Shown: positions 29,935 to 37,566 of the stretch, one piece after another
How the letters are laid out: every line of letters begins with the position of its first letter
Numbering within the stretch: position 1 is the first letter of the stretch
Source of the DNA: an uncultured Actinomycetota bacterium
GTDB taxonomy: Bacteria; Actinomycetota; Actinomycetes; Actinomycetales; Microbacteriaceae
NCBI GenBank assembly: GCA_963824885.1
Contig: CAWGQN010000001.1
Coordinates: 143,482 to 207,481 of the forward strand
DNA length: 64,000 nucleotides
Reading direction: 5' to 3'
Position numbers and translations under genes: made by a program
The notes under the pieces: model-generated
What the model was told of the DNA's origin: nothing
The model's database searches: none
The model's input: the letters and a program-made list of their open reading frames with translations, nothing else

Positions 29935-30858
29935 TTATGCGTGGCGCCTTCGTCGCATCAATACGACAACGATTCCTAGGCCAACCGCAAGTGCACCCAA
30001 TGGAATCAATTGGCTGCCCGCATCACCGGACGCTGCTAGTTCAGGGGCCGCGGGAGCCTGCTCTACCGGTGCAGGTGCAGGTGCAGGTGCAGGTGCAGGT
30101 GCAGGTGCAGGTGCAGGTGCAGGCGAGGTATACGTATTTGTCACAACGACAAGCGTGTCTACGCCGAATTGCACGGTAACCGTGGGGCTCGGGGAGTATG
30201 TAACGGCGGCTCCCGCCGGCGGGCTGGTCTCGTTGACCGTGCACGATGAATCACTAAGAATTCCCGGAATCACCGTAGCAGGAGCCCCAGGAATAAGGGG
30301 CGGCACCGGAAAACTGATAGGCGCTTCCCCTGGGAGCGCGCACGACAGTGTCACCGCGTAGTCAGCAGGCGCCGGAGCCGGAGCCGTCCCCACGACAACC
30401 TTTTGTATGCCGATAGTCGTTGGCTCCCTGAAGGTGTTGGTCACAGTAACTTGAAAATCTGTGGTAGCCGTAAAGGTGGGGTGGTCAATAGTGACGGTCG
30501 CTCCCACTGGCGGATTTGGTTCGGTTGCCGTACACGACGACCCATCGACGAACCCGGGCACGGTCACCAATCCCCCTGTGGCCGAAAACACGAATGGAAC
30601 CGGCGTGCCTGGCGCGCCGCCCGGGGGAGTGCACGTCACAAGCACGGTAAAATTCGCCCCCGCAGGAGGTGGGCCGACAACTGTTTTCAACACGCCAATC
30701 GTGACGGGGGCCGCCTGCGCAAAAGCCGACTCGTGAACCCCGAGAATTCCTAACGGAACGAGCAACATGCCGGCGAGCGACAATGCGCCGAGTGACGCCA
30801 GAACTCGCCTCACGCGCGGCGCGGGCAATGCAGATTGGCCTTTACTAGTGTTTCGCAT
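29935..30858 (-). CDS. surface protein (B4) with two two-Cys domains, a (PA)9 stalk and a deviant LAASG sorting signal
   Basis: Start MRNTSKG is preceded by CCTGAGGGGGGAC, and the signal peptide ends AFAQA. The domains read ...TVLVTCTPPGG...GSSCTATEP... and ...AVTLSCALPGE...DSSCTVNETSPPAGAAVTY. The C-terminus has PAPAPAPAPAPAPAPAPAPV, then LAASG, a TM helix and RRRRHA. Confidence 0.85.
   Translation of the reverse strand: MRNTSKGQSALPAPRVRRVLASLGALSLAGMLLVPLGILGVHESAFAQAAPVTIGVLKTVVGPPPAGANFTVLVTCTPPGGAPGTPVPFVFSATGGLVTVPGFVDGSSCTATEPNPPVGATVTIDHPTFTATTDFQVTVTNTFREPTTIGIQKVVVGTAPAPAPADYAVTLSCALPGEAPISFPVPPLIPGAPATVIPGILSDSSCTVNETSPPAGAAVTYSPSPTVTVQFGVDTLVVVTNTYTSPAPAPAPAPAPAPAPAPAPVEQAPAAPELAASGDAGSQLIPLGALAVGLGIVVVLMRRRRHA
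30068..30121. repeat. perfect hexanucleotide microsatellite (GGTGCA)9
   Basis: Nine uninterrupted ggtgca units, in frame, encoding (Pro-Ala)9 on the minus strand. Confidence 0.95.
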
Positions 30859-30911
30859 CGTTCGTCCCCCCTCAGGGCAAAAAGCACTCACAATCATGTG
30901 GGCCACTCATC

Positions 30912-30939
30912 ACTTTAACATGAAAGAGCCAAAAATCAA
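30912..30939 (-). promoter_or_regulatory. candidate housekeeping-type promoter of B4 (TTGATT-N16-TAAAGT)
   Basis: On the minus strand the -35 TTGATT is at 30939-30934 and the -10 TAAAGT at 30917-30912. The same hexamer positions are conserved upstream of B5. Not experimentally supported. Confidence 0.4.
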
Positions 30940-31078
30940 CACATCCTGACACGGCACGGCAAATCGCGCGTTGACCCATTGCGTTGTTCCGTAGATTGTC
31001 AATCTACACGTCGTGGTTATGGTCGGCAACGCACCCCGAATGGTGCCGCCCGGTTTGACCTTGTACTTCACGGGCGCG

Positions 31079-32686
31079 CTATACGCGGCGCCTGCTGGTC
31101 ATGACCAACAGGACGATCCCCGTGCCGAAAAGAAACGCACCGAAAACACTGTGCGACGTGAGCGCATCACCGGCGGAGGCAAGAGCGAGTGCGGCAGGCA
31201 CGGTAGCGGGCCCTTCGAAAATGTTCGTCGCCTCAATTGTGACCGCCTGGTCAATCATGAAGTTCCCCTCGCCCGGATCACTCGTGATGACGACACCGGT
31301 ATCGAATGTGGTGTTCGAAATGATCGATTGGCTCGCGCCGTTGGTCACCGTCTCCGTCGCAAAGCAGTGGGAACCGCCGGGAAGCAAAAGGGGGTTCCCC
31401 GTCGGATCGAGCGCGGTTGCCTTTTCACCCGCACGAACGGTCAAGGTGTGGTGATAGAGCGGCAATCGTATCGTTCCTCCCGACGCTGACTCCGGCACGT
31501 CAATTTCGCACGTCACATCGAACGAGAACGAGGCTCCCTGCACCTCGGGCGAATTCGACTCGGCGCCCGACACGGTCTTTGCGACACTGACTGTGCCGGC
31601 CGAATAGTGATTGACGAAATCAATTTGGTTGCCGGTGCCCGCGATGATCGTCACCGGACCTGAGTTCGTCGGGGGAATACTCGGCCCAACCTCGCCAAAT
31701 AGCGGCGCCTCGAAAGCCGTGCACATGGAACCCACTGGCATTCCGCCGATCGGGTCGGAATGAATGATGGTGTCGACGAGCCCCGTACCTGCGATGCCGA
31801 CCGGGAAGTCCGTGAGCCCTGGAACTGGATCTCCAGTCGGTGACACGCATGTCAGAAAAAAATGAAACGTGTGGTGTGCGAAGGCTTGAGCGCCCAGCCC
31901 CGCGAGAGTCTTGGTGATGGTCATAGTAGAAAATTCATTTGTAACCGTCACGTCGGCGCCATTGGGTCCGACGATGAACGTCGCACTGGGGCTGTACGTC
32001 ACGGTCGCGCCCGCTGGTGGCGTGGTCTCATTGATCGTGCACGACGAACCAACGAAGATTCCCGGAGTTGACACGACGGTTCCGTCCGCAGGAAGTGACA
32101 CTTGGACCGCCGGAAGCGCGGTGCCCCCGGCCGGAGTGCAAATCAGCGTTGCATCGAATGTCGCCGGCACGGGCGATGTCGGTGTGGTGTTGACGAGCGC
32201 TTTTTGGGCCCTCACGGCGACTTGCGCGGGAAAGGTGTTGGTGATGTGCACGACGGCACCGTTCGACCCAACATTGAACGCGACCCCCGCGGTGATCGGA
32301 CTCCCATTCAAGTCGTACGTCACGACCGCACCCGCGGGCGGATTGGTCTCGACGATTGTGCACGATGAGTTAGCGGGGACACCACCCGGCACAAAAAAAA
32401 TCGTGCCGTCAGCGAGGACCGTCACCGATGTTACGGTCGGCGAACCACCGGGAGGAGTACACGTTAGAGTCGCCGTGTAGCTGGTTGGGGCCGGCGAGAG
32501 AGGCGTACCGCTGACTATTTTCTGTACTGCAAACGCAGGCCCCTGCGCAAAAGCCGACTCGTGAACCCCGAGAATTCCTAACGGAACGAGCAACAAGCCG
32601 GCGAGCGACAAGGCGCCGAGTGACGCCAGAAGCCGCCTAACGCGCGCCGCCCGCAAGGCAAATTGGCCTCTATTAGTGATACGCAT
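31079..32686 (-). CDS. surface protein (B5) with four two-Cys domains and a deviant LASAG sorting signal
   Basis: Start MRITNRG is preceded by CCTGAGGGGGGGAC. The signal peptide is near-identical to that of B4. Domains include TATLTCTPPGG...NSSCTIVETNPPAGAVVTY, ATLICTPAGG...GSSCTINETTPPAGATVTY, FFLTCVSP...GSMCTAFE and FDVTCEID...GSHCFATE. The C-terminus is LALASAGD, then a TM helix and SRRRV. Confidence 0.85.
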   Translation of the reverse strand: MRITNRGQFALRAARVRRLLASLGALSLAGLLLVPLGILGVHESAFAQGPAFAVQKIVSGTPLSPAPTSYTATLTCTPPGGSPTVTSVTVLADGTIFFVPGGVPANSSCTIVETNPPAGAVVTYDLNGSPITAGVAFNVGSNGAVVHITNTFPAQVAVRAQKALVNTTPTSPVPATFDATLICTPAGGTALPAVQVSLPADGTVVSTPGIFVGSSCTINETTPPAGATVTYSPSATFIVGPNGADVTVTNEFSTMTITKTLAGLGAQAFAHHTFHFFLTCVSPTGDPVPGLTDFPVGIAGTGLVDTIIHSDPIGGMPVGSMCTAFEAPLFGEVGPSIPPTNSGPVTIIAGTGNQIDFVNHYSAGTVSVAKTVSGAESNSPEVQGASFSFDVTCEIDVPESASGGTIRLPLYHHTLTVRAGEKATALDPTGNPLLLPGGSHCFATETVTNGASQSIISNTTFDTGVVITSDPGEGNFMIDQAVTIEATNIFEGPATVPAALALASAGDALTSHSVFGAFLFGTGIVLLVMTSRRRV

Positions 32687-32740
32687 CGTTCGTCCCCCCC
32701 TCAGGGCAAAAAGCACTCACAATCATGTGGGCCACTCATT

Positions 32741-32768
32741 ACGCTAACATGAACGAGCCAGAAATCAA
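32741..32768 (-). promoter_or_regulatory. candidate promoter of B5 (TTGATT-N16-TAGCGT)
   Basis: Positional homologue of the B4 element within the duplicated 5' block. Confidence 0.4.
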
Positions 32769-32824
32769 CACGTTCTGACACGGCACGACAAATCGTGAGT
32801 TGTCGCCCGCTCGCGCCTCGAAAT

Positions 32825-33667
32825 CTACGAGTCGTCCGCTGCGCGCGGTCCCACGGGTACTCCGCCGACGGAATTGCCGGTCGTTGGGTTCGCCGTCGTG
32901 GCGGCGTCGGAATTGGCCGGACACATCATCAGCCTCGAAAGCTCCGACCCCACGTTATTGGCTTCCACGAGCATGTGCGCGCACCGCTCGCACGATTTCA
33001 GGTGTTTTTCCACGCGCACGACGTCGCGTTTACCGAGTCCGTTTCGAACATACGAACCCAAATACTCGAGGGCCCAGTGACACTCCGTACCGCCCGGTGC
33101 CGACGCGAGGTGCGCTCGAATCCACGCTTGCCTCAACCCCTCGCGCGCCCGATAATTGAGCGCGGCAACCGCGTTCGGTTTGATGCCCAAGAGTGGCGCG
33201 ACCTTTTGCGGAGAGAGACTCTCCACCTCGCTGTACCACAGGGCTTGTTGCCATCGAGTGGGCAACAAGCGAAATGCGCGAATCGCGAACTCTCGATCAA
33301 TCGCAGCAGATCTCGTCTCGTCTGATAAGTGCGGATCGGGAACCTCCTCGATCGCGCCAATCGACGTGTCGTGCTTCGCGCGCGCCCACGCAATGGCCGT
33401 GTTTCTGACGGTCGTGAATAAGTACGGGCGAAATGCGAGCGTCGGACCACCACCATTTCGCATCGAGTGGAAGATTTTCGCAAACGCCTCGGAGACAAGA
33501 TCATCGGAATCAAACGACGTCGTATATGATCGTGCAACCGCGGTCGCGGCGCGCGCGTGACGGTGCCACAGCTCGCCAAATGCGCCACTGTCACCCCCGC
33601 GAGTCAGATCGATTAATTCGGTGTCACTGCGTATCACCGGAGGGCCGGTGGGCGCATCAGGGGCCAT
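32825..33667 (-). CDS. ECF-type sigma-70 family sigma factor with fused C-terminal zinc-finger anti-sigma (ZAS, zf-HC2) domain
   Basis: Region 2 reads DLVSEAFAKIF...RPYLFTTVRNTAIAW and region 4 reads LPTRWQQALWYSEVESLSPQKVAPLLGIKPNAVAALNYRAREGLRQ. These are followed by CHWALEYLG...VEKHLKSCERCAHMLVEA (H-x3-C-x2-C). No TM helix follows. RBS AAGGA. Confidence 0.85.
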   Translation of the reverse strand: MAPDAPTGPPVIRSDTELIDLTRGGDSGAFGELWHRHARAATAVARSYTTSFDSDDLVSEAFAKIFHSMRNGGGPTLAFRPYLFTTVRNTAIAWARAKHDTSIGAIEEVPDPHLSDETRSAAIDREFAIRAFRLLPTRWQQALWYSEVESLSPQKVAPLLGIKPNAVAALNYRAREGLRQAWIRAHLASAPGGTECHWALEYLGSYVRNGLGKRDVVRVEKHLKSCERCAHMLVEANNVGSELSRLMMCPANSDAATTANPTTGNSVGGVPVGPRAADDS

Positions 33668-33800
33668 TTGTGGTGGTTCCTTATTTTGTTAAAGGATCGT
33701 GTCTTCTGCGCGTCATGATGCCAGTTTGCCCACCGTTTGTCGATTGCGCACCGCCCATATTCCCGCGCGTTCCGAACAAAAATTCACCCCCGCACACGGG

Positions 33801-34625
33801 TCACGACCTCAGCGACGCTCCATGAAACACTCGATCCAACAGCGCGAAGAGTGGCGCGTCATACGTTGTCAGCCTGGCGCGCGTACTGACCTCGTTGTGA
33901 ACGCCGTCGCCACCAACCGGACCGGTGTGATTCACGTCGAAGTAACTCTGGACGCCCTCGGCCCAATACTCGCGCATTGCTGACCCGGCGTACGTATTCC
34001 TCCATCGACCAGCGGCGAGCGCCGCATTCCACGCGCTTCGCAGTTCAGGCATGAATGTCGCGTCATCGTATTGCAACGCCATTTCCATGAGCGTGTGGCC
34101 GAACTCGTGAACAAACGCGTTCTCACCGTTCAGGTTGTCCATGAGATTGGCCTCTGTTCCCACCGAAATCGGAAGGCTATCAGTCGCTCCCATTCCGCCC
34201 CAATACCTGTCATCGAGAGAAGTACCAAAAATCGCGTTCACTTCGGGAATATTGCTCATCCGCTCGCCGCGCGCCGTGATGACTACTCGAATATTGTGGC
34301 GGTTCAGCGAGGGAACCGGCCACGACGGATACGTCCATAGCAAGGTTCCCATCTCGTTCTTGGCGCGTATCAACGTCGCGTCGTCAACGCTGCGCGAACC
34401 AAGGACGGGTACGCCCCACGCGTCAATATATTTGCCGTAAAAGTTCGTGTCGAGTCGATATTTATCGGCAATATCCCGCGGTACGCCAGAAACAACGGAC
34501 TGGGCCGAGGTTTCAGACGTCGCGCTCGCGCTTATCGATGCGGGCACCGCAACCAGCGCACTCACCGAAAGAAAAGCTGTCAAGGCGAAAAGAGGTCGTC
34601 GATTTATAGCTGACATAAGAGTCAT
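33801..34625 (-). CDS. Tat-signal secreted zinc metalloprotease (HExxH ... ExxAE), paralog 1
   Basis: INRRPLFAL twin-Arg-like signal ending SASA. FVHEFGHTLME zinc motif, with Y and EYWAEGVQSYF about 40-47 residues downstream. The gluzincin / M34-like family assignment is tentative. Confidence 0.75.
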   Translation of the reverse strand: MTLMSAINRRPLFALTAFLSVSALVAVPASISASATSETSAQSVVSGVPRDIADKYRLDTNFYGKYIDAWGVPVLGSRSVDDATLIRAKNEMGTLLWTYPSWPVPSLNRHNIRVVITARGERMSNIPEVNAIFGTSLDDRYWGGMGATDSLPISVGTEANLMDNLNGENAFVHEFGHTLMEMALQYDDATFMPELRSAWNAALAAGRWRNTYAGSAMREYWAEGVQSYFDVNHTGPVGGDGVHNEVSTRARLTTYDAPLFALLDRVFHGASLRS

Positions 34626-34725
34626 CCAATCAATGCACTAGGTTCTTCGGGTCAACCGTGCAACGAGCACCCCATACTGTCTCACACATTCGAGAAAAAA
34701 GGAATACCCAATCCCCCCAAGAAGG

Positions 34726-35586
34726 TCACGTCCTCAGCGACGCTCCACGAAACACTCGATTAAGAAGCGCGAAGAGTGGCGGATCATACTCTTTCAGTCT
34801 GTCCCGCGTGTAAACGTCGTTATTAATGCCGTTTCCGCCAACCGGGCCGGGCCTACCGACGTTGAAATACGTCTGGACGCCTTCGGCCCAATACTCTTTC
34901 ATGGCCGAACCAGCGTACGTGTTATTCCATCGCCCGGTCGCATTCGCCGAATCCCACGCATTCTGCAATTCAGGAGAGAAGTTCGTATCAATGTGTGACA
35001 ACGACATGTCCATGAGGGTGTGGCCGAATTCGTGGACAAACACGTTCTCGTTGTCATAATTGTCGATAAGGTTCGCCTCTGTACCAACGGAGAGCGGAAC
35101 GCGATCCGTTGCTCCCATTCCACCCCAATACGCCTCGTCAAACGTTCTGCCACCACCCCACCGCGTGCGATCATTGAGAACCGAACCGTACTCGGCGTAT
35201 ACCTCGGGAATGTCGCTCATGTGCTCGCCTCGCGCCGCAAGTACGACTCGAACGTTGCGCCGGCTCAACTCGGGAACCGGCCACCAGGGGTACGTCCACA
35301 AGAGCGTTCCCATTTGAGTCCTGGCCCGCACGAGCGTCGCATCGTCGAGCCTGTTAGAGCCGAGAATGGGCACGCCCCACGCGTTAATGTACTTGCCATA
35401 CCAGTTCGTGTCGAGTCCGTATTTATCGGCAATTTCCTGCGGGACACGCGAAACGGAAGCCTTTTCCGAGAGCGCCGGATTCGCACTCGCGCTGAGCGCG
35501 GGGGGAACTGCGGCCAGAGCACCAACGGCACCTCCCGCGGCCAAGAAAACAAACGAGCGTCGATTCACTGTTGACATGACAGTCAT
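34726..35586 (-). CDS. Tat-signal secreted zinc metalloprotease (HExxH ... ExxAE), paralog 2
   Basis: VNRRSFVFLAAGG twin-Arg signal ending SASA, FVHEFGHTLMDM and KEYWAEGVQTYF. Colinear with paralog 1 over its full length. Confidence 0.75.
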   Translation of the reverse strand: MTVMSTVNRRSFVFLAAGGAVGALAAVPPALSASANPALSEKASVSRVPQEIADKYGLDTNWYGKYINAWGVPILGSNRLDDATLVRARTQMGTLLWTYPWWPVPELSRRNVRVVLAARGEHMSDIPEVYAEYGSVLNDRTRWGGGRTFDEAYWGGMGATDRVPLSVGTEANLIDNYDNENVFVHEFGHTLMDMSLSHIDTNFSPELQNAWDSANATGRWNNTYAGSAMKEYWAEGVQTYFNVGRPGPVGGNGINNDVYTRDRLKEYDPPLFALLNRVFRGASLRT

Positions 35587-35668
35587 CCAATCCGTGCACT
35601 AGGTTCTTCGGGTTAACCGTGCAACAAGCGCCCTTCTCTCACACCGGGGGAAGAAAAGCGGGATGATG

Positions 35669-35741
35669 TGACCCCAGCGGGATTCGAACCCGCGTTACCG
35701 CCGTGAGAGGGCGATGTCCTGGGCCGCTAAACGATGGGGCC
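35669..35741 (-). tRNA. tRNA-Glu (anticodon CUC)
   Basis: GGCCCCATCGTTTAGCGGCCCAGGACATCGCCCTCTCACGGCGGTAACGCGGGTTCGAATCCCGCTGGGGTCA folds as a cloverleaf by hand. The 7-bp acceptor stem has one G-U pair, the anticodon loop is CUCUCAC and the T-loop is TTCGAAT. CCA is not encoded. Confidence 0.92.
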
Positions 35742-35843
35742 GTGCTTGCAGCCCCACGAGTATCCCACGATCATCGGGAACAACCAAACTCGGCCATGCC
35801 GAGGGACCTTGCGCGTCCGCTCGGGCGGGTATTAGCTGACACC

Positions 35844-36482
35844 ATGCGACTAACAAAAATGCAACACGCGACCCTTATCCTCGAGGATTCCGGATCGAAA
35901 CTGATTGTCGACCCCGGAACGTTCTCGGCGCCGCTCGACGACGTCGGTCAAACGGTCGCCGTCGTGTTAACTCACGAACACGTCGATCACTGGACGCCCG
36001 AGCAATTGGGGCGCATTTCGAACGAAAATCCGTCAGTGAGAATTTTCGGACCCGCGGGCGTCGTGTCCGCCGCGGCTGGATTCGACGTGAGTGAGGTAAG
36101 CGACGGCGATACCGTCACCGCGGGACCGTTCTCGCTCAGGTTTTTCGGATCGCAACACGCCCTGATTCACTCGTCAATCCCGGTTGTCGACAATGTTGGT
36201 GTGTTGGTCAATGACGCACTCTATTATCCGGGCGATTCGTTTACGATTCCCTCGGGAGTCGACGTAGACACCCTCGCGGTTCCCTCGGGTGCACCGTGGC
36301 TAAAAATCGGCGATGTGATTGATTTCGTCCTCGCGGTTGGGCCCCGGCGCAGTTTTTCGACCCACGAAATGGTGCTGTCTGCTGCGGGAAAGCACTTGGC
36401 GAATTCCCGAATCGAGTGGGCAACGAAGCAAGGCGGTGGAGAATTTATCTCTCTCGAACCCAACGAAACGCTCGAAATCTAG
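35844..36482 (+). CDS. MBL-fold metallo-hydrolase
   Basis: MRLTKMQHATLILEDSGSKLIVDPG...VVLTHEHVDH motif (HxHxDH); 212 aa. Confidence 0.8.
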   Translation: MRLTKMQHATLILEDSGSKLIVDPGTFSAPLDDVGQTVAVVLTHEHVDHWTPEQLGRISNENPSVRIFGPAGVVSAAAGFDVSEVSDGDTVTAGPFSLRFFGSQHALIHSSIPVVDNVGVLVNDALYYPGDSFTIPSGVDVDTLAVPSGAPWLKIGDVIDFVLAVGPRRSFSTHEMVLSAAGKHLANSRIEWATKQGGGEFISLEPNETLEI

Positions 36483-36496
36483 AAGCGCACGTGTTG

Positions 36497-36568
36497 CTGG
36501 GGTACCTGGACTCGAACCAAGAACAACTGAACCAGAATCAGCCGTGTTGCCAATTACACCATACCCCA
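36497..36568 (-). tRNA. tRNA-Gln (anticodon CUG)
   Basis: TGGGGTATGGTGTAATTGGCAACACGGCTGATTCTGGTTCAGTTGTTCTTGGTTCGAGTCCAGGTACCCCAG has a cloverleaf with anticodon loop UUCUGGU and T-loop TTCGAGT. Confidence 0.92.
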
Positions 36569-36654
36569 CAGATTGCACCGAACAGCAGCACCAACCGCCT
36601 CCAATATCTTACGGTAGGTCACTCGGTGCATTCCCTCGCGGACGTGACGCTCGG

Positions 36655-37566
36655 TCAGAGGCCGATGAGATCACGGTTAATGGTGGCGGCCGCGCGCGCA
36701 CCCGATCCGGCCGCGACAATCATTTGCACGGGCCCCGGGGAAGCCGAATCGCCGGCTGCGTATACTCCGGGAACGGTCGTGCGCCCGTCGGGATCGACCG
36801 TGACAAAGCCCTCGTCGTCGATCCCGATGCCGAGTCCGGCGGCGTAATCACAACTCGTGGACCACGTGGGACGCACAAATCCGCCGCGCCGTGCGACTCG
36901 CTCGCCATCACACAATACGACGGCGGTCATCTCACCGCGCTCTCCCTCAATAGCGGCGACTGTACGGCGCTCGGTGCGAATACCGCGCCGCTCGAGAGCC
37001 GTTTCGGCGTCGACCGAAATTTCGCCGACGCCATTAGTGAATACAATCACGTCCGGACTCCACTGAGAAATCAGCCCGGCCCTTTCGACAAGATCGTCGG
37101 TTTCGCCGATGAGTGCCACGGGCACATCGCTCTTTTCGTATGCATCGCACTCAATACAACTGTGAAGACTCGTTCCGTAGAAAACGCGCACGCCCTCGAT
37201 ATCGGGCAACGTCTCGACAAGACCCGACGCGATCAAAACGGAGCGAGCGTTCACCGTGCGATTTGCCCCGCCGCGATTTTCCGATATCGAGACAGCAAAA
37301 CGGCCCGACTCCGTCGCGGCGATTGTGCTCACTCGCGCCTGCTCATATTGCGCTTCTGGATACCTCGCAAGCTCTGCCCGCCCCACCGCTCGCAATTCGA
37401 GCGGTGAGATGCCGTCGCGAGTCAAGAAACCGTGAGACCGCAACGTTGGGGCGTTCCGAGGGCGGTTGCTGTCGACCACCAGGACGGTTCGTCTCGAGCG
37501 CGCGAGATTAAGGCCCGCGGAAAGCCCGGCGGGACCAGCGCCTATGACAACGACATCAATCGTCAC
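36655..37566 (-). CDS. NAD(P)/FAD-dependent oxidoreductase (thioredoxin-reductase-like)
   Basis: [19 protein letters not shown] dinucleotide-binding motif and C-terminal GVYAAGD. Confidence 0.85.
   Translation of the reverse strand: MTIDVVVIGAGPAGLSAGLNLARSRRTVLVVDSNRPRNAPTLRSHGFLTRDGISPLELRAVGRAELARYPEAQYEQARVSTIAATESGRFAVSISENRGGANRTVNARSVLIASGLVETLPDIEGVRVFYGTSLHSCIECDAYEKSDVPVALIGETDDLVERAGLISQWSPDVIVFTNGVGEISVDAETALERRGIRTERRTVAAIEGERGEMTAVVLCDGERVARRGGFVRPTWSTSCDYAAGLGIGIDDEGFVTVDPDGRTTVPGVYAAGDSASPGPVQMIVAAGSGARAAATINRDLIGL

Noticed and set aside
24484-30121. Tandem 36-bp and 6-bp repeats considered as a possible CRISPR array
   Set aside because: There are no unique spacers, the repeats are contiguous and in frame inside coding sequences (Pro-rich stalks), and there are no cas genes.
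33741-33773. GGAAC (33773-33769, minus) as an autoregulatory ECF -35 upstream of the sigma-ZAS gene
   Set aside because: The sequence 16-18 nt downstream (GGTGCGCAATCG) does not resemble a CGT-type ECF -10. A single pentamer match is not evidence.
22568-35586. A sortase gene belonging to the adhesin cluster
   Set aside because: None of the ORFs in or around the cluster has the TLxTC sortase signature, so the cognate sortase must lie outside this window.
35747-35757. 10-nt match (gcagccccac) to the IS terminal repeat next to tRNA-Glu
   Set aside because: It is too short. A 10-mer match is expected by chance at appreciable frequency in 2 x 64 kb, and no adjoining IR-like sequence is present.
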